In this document: piece after piece, positions 38,621 through 48,775 of the stretch
How positions within the stretch are numbered: the stretch's first letter is position 1
Layout: each line of letters starts with the position of its first letter
Source: an uncultured Verrucomicrobiae bacterium
GTDB taxonomy: Bacteria > Verrucomicrobiota > Verrucomicrobiia > Chthoniobacterales > UBA10450
DNA length: 64,000 bases
Reading direction: 5' to 3'
Assembly (NCBI GenBank): GCA_963735805.1
Contig: CAVTMK010000002.1
Location: 1,024,001-1,088,000, forward strand
The notes under the pieces: model-generated
Told to the model about the DNA's origin: nothing
What the model saw: the letters and a program-made list of their open reading frames with translations, nothing else
Database searches by the model: none
Position numbers and translations under genes: made by a program

Positions 38621-39796
38621 ATGATCAGCGAAGAAGAAGCGCGCCGTCAAGTTTTGCAGGGCATCGACTCGTTAGGGGGACGAACCGTTCCACTTTCCAG
38701 TGCGCTGGATTGTTTCAGCGCGGGAGAGGTTGTGGCGCGATTGCCCCTGCCGATGTTCGATAATTCGGCCATGGATGGCTACGCCGTGGTGGCGAGCTCA
38801 TCCGGAAAAGGCGCGCGATTGCGCGTGATCGGCGAGCAAGCGGCCGGGATCGATCGGCAGCTCAGGATTTCGCGCGGCGAAGCGGCGCGGATTTTTACAG
38901 GCGCGCCGATTCCTGCTGGCGCGGACGCGGTTGTGATGCAGGAAGACACGACGCGCAAGAGCGACGATATCGTCGTGAATGTGGACATCGATTCTGGCGA
39001 ATTCATCCGCAAACGCGGCAGCGATTTAGCAGAAGGTCAGAAGATTCTGGCGCGCGGCGAACGGATTCGTCCAACGACGATTGCCCTGCTGGCGTCGCAG
39101 GGTTTTACCGAAGTAACAATCGGTGGCGAAGTGAACGCAGCGATCGTTTCTACCGGCGACGAGGTCGTAATGCCAGGAAATGAGCTCGATCGAGGACAAA
39201 TCTATGACAGCAATTCGACATTGCTGCGGGCATTGCTGCAACGCTGCGGTGCATCCGTGACTTTAGTCGAACATTGCCCCGACCAACGCGAACCCTTGCT
39301 CGAAGCGATCCAGCGCGGAATCAAAAGTCACGTTCTTGTTATTACTGGAGGTGTTTCAGTCGGTGAACACGACGTGGTCCAGGCCACACTACGCTCCCTC
39401 GGAGCCAAGATCGAAATCTGGCGAGTAGCGATTAAACCCGGAAAACCATTTCTCTTCGGTCAAGCTAACCGGTGCGCCGTATTCGGGTTGCCCGGAAATC
39501 CGGTGTCGGCATTTGTAACTTTCTTGCAGTTTGTGCGCCCGGCAATTTTGAAAATGATGGGCGCTCACGATCTCAATCTGCCGAAAGTGCCGGCGAAAGT
39601 AGCTGTCGATCTTGCGAACGAAGGCGATCGCCCGCATTACATTCGCGGCAGGATCGAGGACGGAAAATTCTCACCGATCGGACGCCAGGAATCGCATGCG
39701 CTGTTTGGGCTGAGCCAGTCGAATGGGCTGCTGCGCGTTGATGCGGGCGAGTCGTTAAGAGCAGGAGAAATTGTCGATGTCCAAATCTGGTATTAG
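38621..39796 (+). CDS. moeA: Molybdopterin molybdenumtransferase
   Basis: FDNSAMDGYA, IFTGAPIP.GADAVVMQE, STGDE, GGVSVG, KPGKP, GLPGNPVS. Confidence 0.95.
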   Translation: MISEEEARRQVLQGIDSLGGRTVPLSSALDCFSAGEVVARLPLPMFDNSAMDGYAVVASSSGKGARLRVIGEQAAGIDRQLRISRGEAARIFTGAPIPAGADAVVMQEDTTRKSDDIVVNVDIDSGEFIRKRGSDLAEGQKILARGERIRPTTIALLASQGFTEVTIGGEVNAAIVSTGDEVVMPGNELDRGQIYDSNSTLLRALLQRCGASVTLVEHCPDQREPLLEAIQRGIKSHVLVITGGVSVGEHDVVQATLRSLGAKIEIWRVAIKPGKPFLFGQANRCAVFGLPGNPVSAFVTFLQFVRPAILKMMGAHDLNLPKVPAKVAVDLANEGDRPHYIRGRIEDGKFSPIGRQESHALFGLSQSNGLLRVDAGESLRAGEIVDVQIWY

Positions 39797-39819
39797 CCAA
39801 TCTCCTGGATGGAGTGGGA

Positions 39820-39848
39820 TTGACAGGGCATGTGGGCATTTTTAGCTT
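39820..39848 (+). promoter_or_regulatory. Sigma70 promoter of the second marR gene
   Basis: TTGACA-17 nt-TAGCTT. Confidence 0.7.
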
Positions 39849-39855
39849 AATTGCC

Positions 39856-40332
39856 TTGAATACGGGAGCCTTGACCGCGTTTGCACGAAGTCCGACCGAC
39901 CAAATTCGTGCGGATGCGGAACGGCTTTCCCATATCGTTCTGGAGATGCAGCGCCGTTTCTTGCTGCGTCTTTGTAAGGAACTTGCACCCGGAAATGTTT
40001 CCTTTGTGCAGTTTTTCCTTCTCGCGTTCCTCGATCAAAAAGAGGTCCTTACCATGTCAGCGATTGCGAAGAAAATGGGGCACACCACGGCCGCGGCGAG
40101 CGGTTTGGTGGCGCGTCTTGAGAACCTTGACTACCTGGTGCGCTCCGTCGCGCGAGATGATCGCCGCAAAGTAATGGTTTGTATTACGCCGAAGGGTTCG
40201 GCGCTTGTCCGGCGGATTCGCGAGGAAATGGTTGGCAATCTGATGAAAGTTTTGGAACACCTCACCCCCGACGAACAAAAGGCGTGGTTGCAGATTTACA
40301 CTAAAATTTATGATTACTGCCAATCAAAATGA
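39856..40332 (+). CDS. MarR family transcriptional regulator (start uncertain)
   Basis: LTMSAIAKKMG...LVARLE...DDRRKVMVCITPKG. Start placed downstream of the promoter. Confidence 0.9.
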   Translation: MNTGALTAFARSPTDQIRADAERLSHIVLEMQRRFLLRLCKELAPGNVSFVQFFLLAFLDQKEVLTMSAIAKKMGHTTAAASGLVARLENLDYLVRSVARDDRRKVMVCITPKGSALVRRIREEMVGNLMKVLEHLTPDEQKAWLQIYTKIYDYCQSK

Positions 40333-40438
40333 GTTTCATCCATTGGCCGGTGATGTTATCAGTCCACGGTAAAAAGCGCGCAATTTGAATCTGTGCGCTT
40401 ACGATTACGCGTCTAATCTCTCGGGCTAAACCTTCTTT

Positions 40439-42094
40439 ATGCGAAAATATTTTGTAATCTGCGGGTTCGCCGCTTCGATGATTGCTGCCAACTGGGTGGC
40501 GCGCGCCGGCACAGGCGAAGGATCGACATCGACGGGCGGTGCATCTTCTTCGGGCAAAGTTCCCACGTTTACGCTCGATCAAGCGATCCTGACGGCACTG
40601 CAGCGCAATCCAACTCTTCTCAACGCGGAACAGGAGATCAAACGGACCAAAGGCGTGATCATCCAGGTGCGTGCGCAGGTGCTGCCACAGATTAATGTAA
40701 ATACGTCGTATGATTGGACTGATCCGAACCTTGTTAACGCTCGAACCCTAAACACGAGTACGACGGGGACGGTACCAACGGGCACGACCACGACAGGGAC
40801 GGGCGCATCCGGCTCTCTCGTTAACTCGCCGCAGTCGCAGGTTGGGGACGCCCGGACCTTCGCCGCGGCCGCGCCCGCGGCGACACCAGGGGTTAGAAAC
40901 ACCGAACTCAGCGACGTATCGTACAGCATTTCCGTCATCGGAACGCAGCTGATTTTTAATGGCACCAGTTTCAATCAGATCAGGGGGACCTTCTTTCAGC
41001 GGGACAGCGCATACTTCGCCTTCCGCAATGTTCTGGACTCACTTCTCGCGACCGTGAAAACGCAGTTCTACCAGGTCGTGGTCAATCGAGAGCTCATCAA
41101 AGTGCAGGAGCAATCGGTGCACTTGTTGGAGAGTCAGTTGAAGGATCAGCAAAACCGCTTCGAAGCGGGAACCGTTCCGCGCTTCAACGTGTTGCAAGCT
41201 GAGGTGGCACTCTACAATCAGATTCCACAATTGATCACTGCGCAAAATAATTATCGTATCTCGAAGATCACTCTGGCTAAGACGCTAGGCCTCGATTTCC
41301 AGGCGAGGCGCGGTGAAAATCCACCGCTCGAAGTGATAGGCGAAATGCCATACAACCCGCGAACGATATCGCTGGTCGACGCCATCGAGCTCGGAAAAGA
41401 GCGGCGCCCTTTTCTTAAACAGGCGCGGGCAAACGTCTTGAATCAAGTCCAGCAGGTGCGGGCGACGGCCGGCCAGTACCTGCCAACTATTACCGCGAGC
41501 GGGGGCGGAGAATGGGTCAGCTCGCCGATCAATTCCAGCTGGCATGATATTTCCAAAGGTTGGATCGCCGGGGTGCAGGGCAGCATGCCGATCTGGGACA
41601 GCGGCGCGATCGCTGGCCAGGTCATTCAACAGCGTGCCCTCCTTTCGGAAACCAAGATCACTTACGATGACGACGTCAGGCAGGTTGAGCTGGAAGTGCA
41701 GACCGCGTATTCAAATTTGCAGCAAAATCGCGAGTTGATTGTAAGTCAGGAGAAAAACGTGGAGCAAGCCGAGGAAGCGCTTCGGCTGGCCAAAGCACGC
41801 CTGGACGCAGGCGCGGGAGTTCAATTGGATGTGTTGAATGCCCAGGTACAACTGCTCACGGCGCAATCGACCCGTTTGCAGGCCCTGTTTGGATACAACT
41901 CCTCACTGGCTGAATTTGATCGCGCCACAGGCGCACAGAGCACTTACCAGGAGATGTTCGCTGACTTGGCGCCGCGCGCCACGAAAACGAAGACCTATTT
42001 TACTGGCAGCGGTGTGGATGCGGAGGGGAAACCAAAACACCGCGACGATAGCGTGCTGCGAACTCAAGCTGGAAGATCCCGAACTTCCAAATAA
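40439..42094 (+). CDS. TolC family outer-membrane efflux protein
   Basis: TLDQAILTALQRNP, duplicated RFEAGTVPRFNVLQA and RLDAGAGVQLDVLNAQ repeats. Confidence 0.9.
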   Translation: MRKYFVICGFAASMIAANWVARAGTGEGSTSTGGASSSGKVPTFTLDQAILTALQRNPTLLNAEQEIKRTKGVIIQVRAQVLPQINVNTSYDWTDPNLVNARTLNTSTTGTVPTGTTTTGTGASGSLVNSPQSQVGDARTFAAAAPAATPGVRNTELSDVSYSISVIGTQLIFNGTSFNQIRGTFFQRDSAYFAFRNVLDSLLATVKTQFYQVVVNRELIKVQEQSVHLLESQLKDQQNRFEAGTVPRFNVLQAEVALYNQIPQLITAQNNYRISKITLAKTLGLDFQARRGENPPLEVIGEMPYNPRTISLVDAIELGKERRPFLKQARANVLNQVQQVRATAGQYLPTITASGGGEWVSSPINSSWHDISKGWIAGVQGSMPIWDSGAIAGQVIQQRALLSETKITYDDDVRQVELEVQTAYSNLQQNRELIVSQEKNVEQAEEALRLAKARLDAGAGVQLDVLNAQVQLLTAQSTRLQALFGYNSSLAEFDRATGAQSTYQEMFADLAPRATKTKTYFTGSGVDAEGKPKHRDDSVLRTQAGRSRTSK

Positions 42095-42188
42095 GCTCGA
42101 ATCCGAAATTCCAAGGCACACACGTTTCGGGTTAATGATTAACCCCTTTTGGGCTTTGGACTCTGAAACTGGAGTTTCAATTTAAGTG

Positions 42189-42869
42189 ATGCAGCTTTTG
42201 TTCGAGCAATTTCCCGCGCTGGAAGCCATTGGAAACTGTCGTCATGTTTTCACGCAAAGAATTCCCGGGATCGATGTTTCGCACGACAAAACCGAAGTGT
42301 TGAATAGGCTCAATGCGGCCCATACTGAGATCCGGCGCGCGGTCGGTGTGGGCGATTGGCCGCTGTTCACTGCTCAACAAATTCACGGAAACAAGATCGC
42401 AGTTATCGATAATTGCAGCCCCAGCCCCGCTGAAGGCCCCCAATTCCGCGGCTGCGATGGCATCATCAGCAATCAACGTGGAATCGTGCTAGGCGTTTAT
42501 GTTGCCGACTGCTGCGCCGTGTACCTTGTCGATCTAAAAACGCCGGCGATCGGTCTGGTTCATTCCGGCAAAAGAGGCACCGAGCTTGGCGTCGTGTCCA
42601 ATGCAATCAAGCAAATGCTTGACCGCTTCGGCTCCGATCCTGCGAACATGATCGTCCAACTCAGCCCCTGTATTCGGCCACCGCATTACGAACTCGATTT
42701 CGCGGCCGAAATCGTTCGCCAATGTCGCGCGCTTGGCGTGAAAGAAATCCACGACCCCGGTGTGTGCACAGCCTGTGATCTTGTCAGCTACTATTCCTAT
42801 CGCGCCGAAAAAGGAAAAACCGGCCGCATGCTTGCCCTGCTCGGACTCAATCCGCCGACCGCGAATTAG
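42189..42869 (+). CDS. YfiH/PgeF family (laccase-domain purine nucleoside phosphorylase)
   Basis: QIHG, ADC, HSG, CTAC, YSYR..GKTGRM. Confidence 0.88.
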   Translation: MQLLFEQFPALEAIGNCRHVFTQRIPGIDVSHDKTEVLNRLNAAHTEIRRAVGVGDWPLFTAQQIHGNKIAVIDNCSPSPAEGPQFRGCDGIISNQRGIVLGVYVADCCAVYLVDLKTPAIGLVHSGKRGTELGVVSNAIKQMLDRFGSDPANMIVQLSPCIRPPHYELDFAAEIVRQCRALGVKEIHDPGVCTACDLVSYYSYRAEKGKTGRMLALLGLNPPTAN

Positions 42870-42908
42870 ACGAACAATTATTCGTGACCTTTTACGAACG
42901 TTCGTCTA
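42867..42908. terminator. Hairpin after the yfiH-like gene, possibly the original terminator between it and the convergent lpxA
   Basis: TAGACGAAC...GTTCGTCTA 9-bp stem with inner TTCGT/ACGAA pairing. Confidence 0.45.
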
Positions 42909-42923
42909 CTTCTCGTTAGGTCT

Positions 42924-43283
42924 ATGCGAAGCGCCGCTATTATCGTCGCGCTTTTTCTAAGCGCTTGCGCCGCCGATCGGTATCGCTGGAATTTGGCGTA
43001 CCAACACCTCATGCCGAATGCCAGCAAGCTGCCACGCGTCGACATCGAAGAGATCACGCGACTTGTTAGCAAGAAAAGTGGACAGCCGATTCTTGGCATT
43101 GCTCTTCAGCGGAAAGGCCGGTGCGCTGGACAGGTCACGGTTGTTACAGCGTACCCGAGTGGAAACTACCCGGAAGATCATGGTGCATACTGGCTTCGGA
43201 AGGAAGCAGGCCATTGGCGCATCACTCAAGGAGGTGCTGGCTTATCCGAATCACTCATCGGTCTGGCACTCAGTGAAGACTAG
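42924..43283 (+). CDS. Cassette 1: small lipoprotein of unknown function
   Basis: Lipobox LSAC; ATG 2 nt after the core site; stop abuts attC. Confidence 0.75.
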   Translation: MRSAAIIVALFLSACAADRYRWNLAYQHLMPNASKLPRVDIEEITRLVSKKSGQPILGIALQRKGRCAGQVTVVTAYPSGNYPEDHGAYWLRKEAGHWRITQGGAGLSESLIGLALSED

Positions 43284-43406
43284 AGCTAACCAAACGCTGG
43301 AGCGAACCGCCGCTCGTCGTGTGTCTACATTTTTCATGACTAAAACCCATTCACTGCGATTCGCGCTCGTTCTCGGCGGCGGTCGCACAGCTTTGTCTTG
43401 TTAGGT
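43284..43406 (+). repeat. attC site 1
   Basis: AGCTAAC-caaac-GCTGGAGCGAACCGCCGC...GCGGCGGTCGCACAGC-tttgtctt-GTTAGGT. Confidence 0.85.
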
Positions 43407-43408
43407 CT

Positions 43409-43744
43409 ATGAGACGCGCGGTGGTTTCGATGATGCTGGTCCTCAGTGGGTGTGTGACGCCTCCAACGCAGATCACCGGGCGCTATGCAAGTCGACTGTC
43501 CGATTCTGATCTGCAGCAGATCAAGCGTCTCGTAACGAATGACCCTAAGCTGGATCATCGGGTCGCCCAAATAGACGTGGTCGCGCCGGATAAGGCTCGG
43601 GTGAAAGTCGGCGGGATCCAGTTTCAAGGCTGGTCGTGGGAGATCATCACGGTAATCAAGCATCGTTGGAGCTGGGCGCGTGATTACACTGCGCCAGCTG
43701 AGGCCGAAGCGGAGAGGATAATCATCACTTATTGCTATGCCTAA
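43409..43744 (+). CDS. Cassette 2: small lipoprotein of unknown function
   Basis: Lipobox LSGC; same TTAGGTCTATG start context as cassette 1. Confidence 0.75.
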   Translation: MRRAVVSMMLVLSGCVTPPTQITGRYASRLSDSDLQQIKRLVTNDPKLDHRVAQIDVVAPDKARVKVGGIQFQGWSWEIITVIKHRWSWARDYTAPAEAEAERIIITYCYA

Positions 43745-43839
43745 ACCTAACCAATCGGTGAAGCCAACGGTCCTTGATCGAGTGAACGTGAACGAGCTTG
43801 TCACAGACCCCCGTCCGTGGCTTATCCTTCTCGTTAGGC
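43745..43839 (+). repeat. attC site 2
   Basis: ACCTAAC-caatc-GGTGAAGCCAACGG...CCGTGGCTTATC-cttctc-GTTAGGC; ACCTAAC is the exact complement of the upstream GTTAGGT. Confidence 0.85.
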
Positions 43840-43867
43840 CGCCCTATGCTATAGCTACCTTTACGTA

Positions 43868-44417
<550 letters not shown>

Positions 44418-44423
44418 AGAAAG

Positions 44424-44547
44424 GCCTAATCAAGCGCTGGAGCGAACCGCCGCCGGTCGTCCATTTTGTCTTTCAGATGATTATGACTGCTTCAGTTGAA
44501 GCTGAACCCGGTGCCAGCGGTGGTCGCTCAGCTTGGTCTTGTTAGAT
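44424..44547 (+). repeat. attC site 3, inverse core altered to AAT; right end overlaps the lpxA stop codon
   Basis: GCCTAAT-caagc-GCTGGAGCGAACCGCCGC...GCGGTGGTCGCTCAGC-ttggtctt-GTTAGAT. Confidence 0.85.
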
Positions 44548-45354
44548 TGAAATCTGTTCGCTGATGCCGCGTTTAATCGGACAAATCCCGCGCTTCTTGG
44601 CGTTCGCCACGAAGTCGACAAACTCGCGGGCCGCGTTGCCGAGCTTCATCGTCGCCGCTTTTTCAAGCGTCTGCGAGATGTTCAGTCCGCTCAAGTAAAC
44701 AAGCTTAAACGCAGCTTTAACGTCTTCTCGATCTTCCGCGCTGAAGCCGGCACGACGAAGCCCGACCACATTCAATCCGAAAACAAGATTGCGTTCTGCT
44801 GCGACGACGAACGGGGGCAGATCCTTTCCGAAGGCGGAGCTGCCCTGCACCATCACCAATCGCCCGATGTGCATAAACTGATGAAATGTCGAACCTCCGC
44901 CGAGAAATGCGCCGTCATCGACCTGAACGTAACCGGCAAGCAAACAGTTATTAGCGATAACGACATTATTCCCGATCTCGCAATTGTGACCGATATGCGC
45001 TCCGACCATCAGGAAATTCTTATCACCGATTTTTGTGGCGCTGCCCTCGGCGGTCCCGCGATGAATCGTGCAGTATTCGCGGATAATATTGTGATTTCCA
45101 ATCTCGACCTTCGTTTTTCGGTCCGTTGAAAATGAAACATCCTGTGGCGGCACGCCGATCACCACGCCGTGCCCGATGAAATTGCCGGCGCCAATTTGGA
45201 CTTCTCCTTCAATCACGACGTGCGATTGCACTATCGTTTTCTCGCCAATTGTCACCTGTGATCCGACAATTGAAAATGGCCCGACTTCCACGTCATCAGC
45301 GATTCGCGCGGCTGGATCGACGATTGCGGTCGGATGAATTTTCGCGGTGCCCAT
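44542..45354 (-). CDS. lpxA: UDP-N-acetylglucosamine O-acyltransferase
   Basis: IHPTAIV, hexapeptide repeats, PPQD, IREYCTIHRGT, GLNVVGLRRAGF. Confidence 0.93.
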   Translation of the reverse strand: MGTAKIHPTAIVDPAARIADDVEVGPFSIVGSQVTIGEKTIVQSHVVIEGEVQIGAGNFIGHGVVIGVPPQDVSFSTDRKTKVEIGNHNIIREYCTIHRGTAEGSATKIGDKNFLMVGAHIGHNCEIGNNVVIANNCLLAGYVQVDDGAFLGGGSTFHQFMHIGRLVMVQGSSAFGKDLPPFVVAAERNLVFGLNVVGLRRAGFSAEDREDVKAAFKLVYLSGLNISQTLEKAATMKLGNAAREFVDFVANAKKRGICPIKRGISEQISI

Positions 45355-45386
45355 TTCGTTTGGATTTCGATATTCGGACGTCCGTT

Positions 45387-46082
45387 TTACAACACGCCTG
45401 CTTCTTTGAAGCTAAAGTAACCGGGATTCGCGTCCGACGGAGCTCCGATGATGATGTGATCCAGCAATTTGATTTGTAACAATTCGGCTGCTTCTGCCAG
45501 GCGTCTTGTCAGGCTGTGATCAGTCTGGCTGGGTGACGCGTCGCCGGACGGATGATTGTGCACAACGATGACTGCGTAGGCGGAGTAAGTAATCGCCGGC
45601 CGAAAAATCTCGCGCGGATGAGCGATGCTCTCATTCATACTTCCCACCGAAACGGATTCGACGCGCATCAGACGGTAACGTGTGTCGAGCAGGACAACGC
45701 GGAGCGACTCAGTCCGCAGCATCCGCATTTCACCGCCAAGCAACTCATGGATTAATTCCGGCGAATCGAGCTTTTGCTGAGACAATGGTTCCTGCGAAAA
45801 CCTTTTTCCCAGATTAAACGCTGCCACCAATTCCAGCGCCTTAGCCGGACCAATTCCTTTGACCGCGCTAAGTTCCTGGACGGAACACCGGCTCAACTCC
45901 GCGAAGGATTTGTATTTGTTGAGGAGCTCACGAGCCACCTCTATCACATTCATTCCGCGCCGTCCGGTGCGCAGCAGGATTGCGATCAACTCCGGATTGG
46001 TTAGAGCATCCGGACCGCGTGCGAGCAATTTTTCCCGCGGCCGCTCGTCCTGCGGCATTTCGCGGATTTTCAACTGCGACAT
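45387..46082 (-). CDS. radC: RadC family JAB/MPN protein, full-length chromosomal type
   Basis: RPREKL, GIGPAKA, HPREIF, HNHPSGD..PS..D, LLDHII. Confidence 0.95.
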   Translation of the reverse strand: MSQLKIREMPQDERPREKLLARGPDALTNPELIAILLRTGRRGMNVIEVARELLNKYKSFAELSRCSVQELSAVKGIGPAKALELVAAFNLGKRFSQEPLSQQKLDSPELIHELLGGEMRMLRTESLRVVLLDTRYRLMRVESVSVGSMNESIAHPREIFRPAITYSAYAVIVVHNHPSGDASPSQTDHSLTRRLAEAAELLQIKLLDHIIIGAPSDANPGYFSFKEAGVL

Positions 46083-46113
46083 CTAGTGCGAGGGCCGCCT
46101 TGGCGCGGCCACC

Positions 46114-47124
46114 TCAGACCCGAAGTTGATCGAACATTTCGCACAACGCATCGCCGAGCAATGACAAAGCGGCAGCGTAAGGATTCGACTCGATTCCATC
46201 CAGCGCAGCTTGGGCCTCGCGAATCAAGTCGGTCCCGGCGGCAATCGATTCATTCAGCGCGCCGTTAGTCGCGCCATTCTTCAACAGCTCAATCATTTCT
46301 TCGACTCGTTCTTCGAGCACAAGCTGGCAACACCGCTCCCGTTCGAACTCCGATGCTGAGCGCAAGAAAATCAGAACTGGCAGCGTGAACTTGCCCTTGC
46401 GAAGATCCGTCCCGAGCGTCTTGCCAGTGGCGCGTTCGTTACCGGCAAGATCAACACAATCGTCGTAAATCTGATAAGCGGTCCCAATTTGAAATCCGAA
46501 ATTTTTGAACCTTTCGATTGCGACAGGGCTCGCCTCGCTGATTACCGCAGCTAATTCCGATGCTACGGAAAACAGCGATCCAGTCTTCATTTCCACGATT
46601 CGCAGGTAATCCTGAACGCCAAGGTTAAGATCGAATTTGCGTTGAGTTTGGATCATCTCGCCCGAACAAACCGTCGCGGCCGTTCGCGCAATCGCGCGGC
46701 CGATGTCGGAGTTTTCAAAATTCGTCGATAAAGTCAGCGCGTGAGCGAAAAGGCAGTCGCCCAGCAAAACACTGAGCGAATTTCCCCAACGCGCATTCGC
46801 AGTAGGCTGTGCGCGCCTGCGCTCCGCTTCATCCATTACATCGTCGTGCACGAGTGTGGCGATATGAATGAGTTCCACGATCACGGCAAGATCGACGTGT
46901 CCGGAGTTAATCTCGCCAGTCGCACCACCGGCCAGAAGCGTTAGCAGCGGCCGCAAACGTTTGCCGCGACCGCCCACGGCGTACATTACATACCCTTCAA
47001 TCGCCGGATCGAAAGCTGCCGCTTGTTGCGCAATGCGTGTCTCGACTTCTTCGAGATGCGGCTGAACCAACTTCGCCACCTTGGCGAGCGAACCAGCTGG
47101 AGACACCGCCGCAGTCCCAGTCAT
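46114..47124 (-). CDS. Polyprenyl diphosphate synthase (IspB/HepT-like)
   Basis: GKRLRP, LVHDDVMD...RR, KTG.LF, QIYDDCVD. Confidence 0.92.
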   Translation of the reverse strand: MTGTAAVSPAGSLAKVAKLVQPHLEEVETRIAQQAAAFDPAIEGYVMYAVGGRGKRLRPLLTLLAGGATGEINSGHVDLAVIVELIHIATLVHDDVMDEAERRRAQPTANARWGNSLSVLLGDCLFAHALTLSTNFENSDIGRAIARTAATVCSGEMIQTQRKFDLNLGVQDYLRIVEMKTGSLFSVASELAAVISEASPVAIERFKNFGFQIGTAYQIYDDCVDLAGNERATGKTLGTDLRKGKFTLPVLIFLRSASEFERERCCQLVLEERVEEMIELLKNGATNGALNESIAAGTDLIREAQAALDGIESNPYAAALSLLGDALCEMFDQLRV

Positions 47125-47263
47125 GCCCGGCCGTGAGCGCGCGAAGAGTTCCACGAGGCGAGGATAGCGGCGCGGGTTGTGTGTTGTCAAAGCAACACGA
47201 GCGTAAATTTAATTATTTCTGAAGCGGCCAACGAATCGACGGCCGACACAGCCGCTTCAAGGT

Positions 47264-47974
47264 TCATAGCTTTCGCAGCCAGGTTTCGGTCCCGTACTTT
47301 TGTTGAACCAGTTCACGCGCCCGCTTCACGACATGATCACCGGTCTCGCGTTCATAACATGTCGCGGACAAAGCCCGCGCGAATCGTTCGGTTAACCGAT
47401 TCCCGACGTCGACCCCTTGGATGCTGCCCTGATGTAGCAACCCACCGCGCGTTCTGCGCTGCGCAGCTCCTGCGACTTTGCGTCCATCCATCATCACATC
47501 GGCGCGTACGGGTTTAGCGAAACAATTGTAGCCCGGATCGCTGATACCGAACTTCGTAAGCACAGCCGCCGCGTTGCACGAACCAGGGTCATCGATCCCG
47601 GCTACAACTCCGCGTTGTCCCGTCTCAGCCAATGCATTGACCAAAGCCCGGTGAATCCTTTGATAAATCGACGCGGACGATTCGGCGAAGACCGTGTCAC
47701 TTGCCGGAATCAAAATCGAATAAGTGAGATCAGTTCCATGAAAAACAATCCCGCCGCCCGTCCAACGCCGGACCAAATCGCGCTCGCGCTGGTAGCCGGC
47801 GACATCGGCAAATCGACCAAAGTATCCAAACGAGAGAGCAGGAGACTGCCAGCGATAAAAGCGAATTACGGGAACTGCGACATGCTCGAGCAGCGCTTCG
47901 TCAATTGCCATGTTCATCGCGGCGCTGTGAAAAGCGCCATCGCGACAGATAGTCAGCGCAGCAAATATCGTCAT
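47264..47974 (-). CDS. Lipoate-protein ligase A/octanoyltransferase family protein
   Basis: NMAIDEALL, VRRWTGGGIVFH, RKVAGAAQRR, LLHQGSI. Confidence 0.88.
   Translation of the reverse strand: MTIFAALTICRDGAFHSAAMNMAIDEALLEHVAVPVIRFYRWQSPALSFGYFGRFADVAGYQRERDLVRRWTGGGIVFHGTDLTYSILIPASDTVFAESSASIYQRIHRALVNALAETGQRGVVAGIDDPGSCNAAAVLTKFGISDPGYNCFAKPVRADVMMDGRKVAGAAQRRTRGGLLHQGSIQGVDVGNRLTERFARALSATCYERETGDHVVKRARELVQQKYGTETWLRKL
47526..47607. repeat. Intragenic GTAG-type palindromic (REP-like) element
   Basis: TTGTAGCCCGGATCG...CGATCCCGGCTACAA terminal inverted repeats. Confidence 0.7.
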
Positions 47975-48053
47975 TCCAAGCGACGTCGAGGAATCCCGTT
48001 GAAGTGCCTTGGAGGGTGCAACACAGGATGTTTCAACTCCGCTCGACATTGAC
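47970..48053. repeat. Palindromic repeat, GTCATTCC...GACATGAC family, copy 1
   Basis: GTCATTCCAAGCGACGTCGAGGAATCCC...GGATGTTTCAACTCCGCTCGACATTGAC. Confidence 0.8.
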
Positions 48054-48082
48054 AGTAATGAATGGAATTAACCCGTAATTCG

Positions 48083-48775
48083 TTAGGGGCTGATTTCTGC
48101 GAGAATCTTTTCCGCAGCTTCCGACGGATTTCGGTGGGCTGTGATCGGTCGGCCGACGACAAGATAGTCTGCACCCGCTTGAAGTGCCTCCCGGGGAGTC
48201 ATTACGCGCTTTTGATCGCCGGCCGTCGACCAGTTCGGGCGAACTCCTGGCACGACGATTTTGATCCTGTCGCCAAATTCACGACGAAGCGTCTCGATTT
48301 CGTGCGGACTGGCCACGACTCCATCGATTCCGGCTTCGACGCCTAACTTCGCCAGCCGAAGCACCTGATCCTCGACTTTGTCCTGAATTCCAATTTCGCG
48401 CAGGGTCTCTTCCGTCGAACTGGTTAGAACGGTCACACCCAGGAGCAACATGTTCTCTGACCGGGCTGCAATCGCTGCGCGGATCATTTCGCTGCCGCCG
48501 CTTAAGTGAATGGTGAGCACCTGTGCGCCAAGCCGGTTCGCAGATTCGACGGCTCTGGCGACAGTATTTGGAATATCGTGCAGCTTGAGATCGAGCCAAA
48601 CCTTGGAGCCTGTAGAGGACACCGCGCGCACAATTTCCGGGCCTTCCGCTGTATAAAGTTGCAGCCCGATTTTGAAAAACGAGATCCGGTCCCGCAGCTT
48701 TCCAACGAGCTCAAGCGCGGGCTTTTGTGTGGGCACATCCAGCGCGACGATGATTCTGTCAGCTGCCTTTGTCAT
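48083..48775 (-). CDS. pyrF: Orotidine-5'-phosphate decarboxylase
   Basis: IIVALD, KIG, DLKLHDIPNTV, VTVLTS, PGVR, DQKR, VGRPIT. Confidence 0.96.
   Translation of the reverse strand: MTKAADRIIVALDVPTQKPALELVGKLRDRISFFKIGLQLYTAEGPEIVRAVSSTGSKVWLDLKLHDIPNTVARAVESANRLGAQVLTIHLSGGSEMIRAAIAARSENMLLLGVTVLTSSTEETLREIGIQDKVEDQVLRLAKLGVEAGIDGVVASPHEIETLRREFGDRIKIVVPGVRPNWSTAGDQKRVMTPREALQAGADYLVVGRPITAHRNPSEAAEKILAEISP

Noticed and set aside
43340..43804. 154-aa antisense ORF across cassette 2
   Set aside because: It spans attC sites and has no motifs, while the plus-strand lipoprotein fits the cassette boundaries exactly.
45387..46082. radC as a marker of a mobile element next to the cassettes
   Set aside because: It is the full-length form with the N-terminal HhH region, in a housekeeping run.
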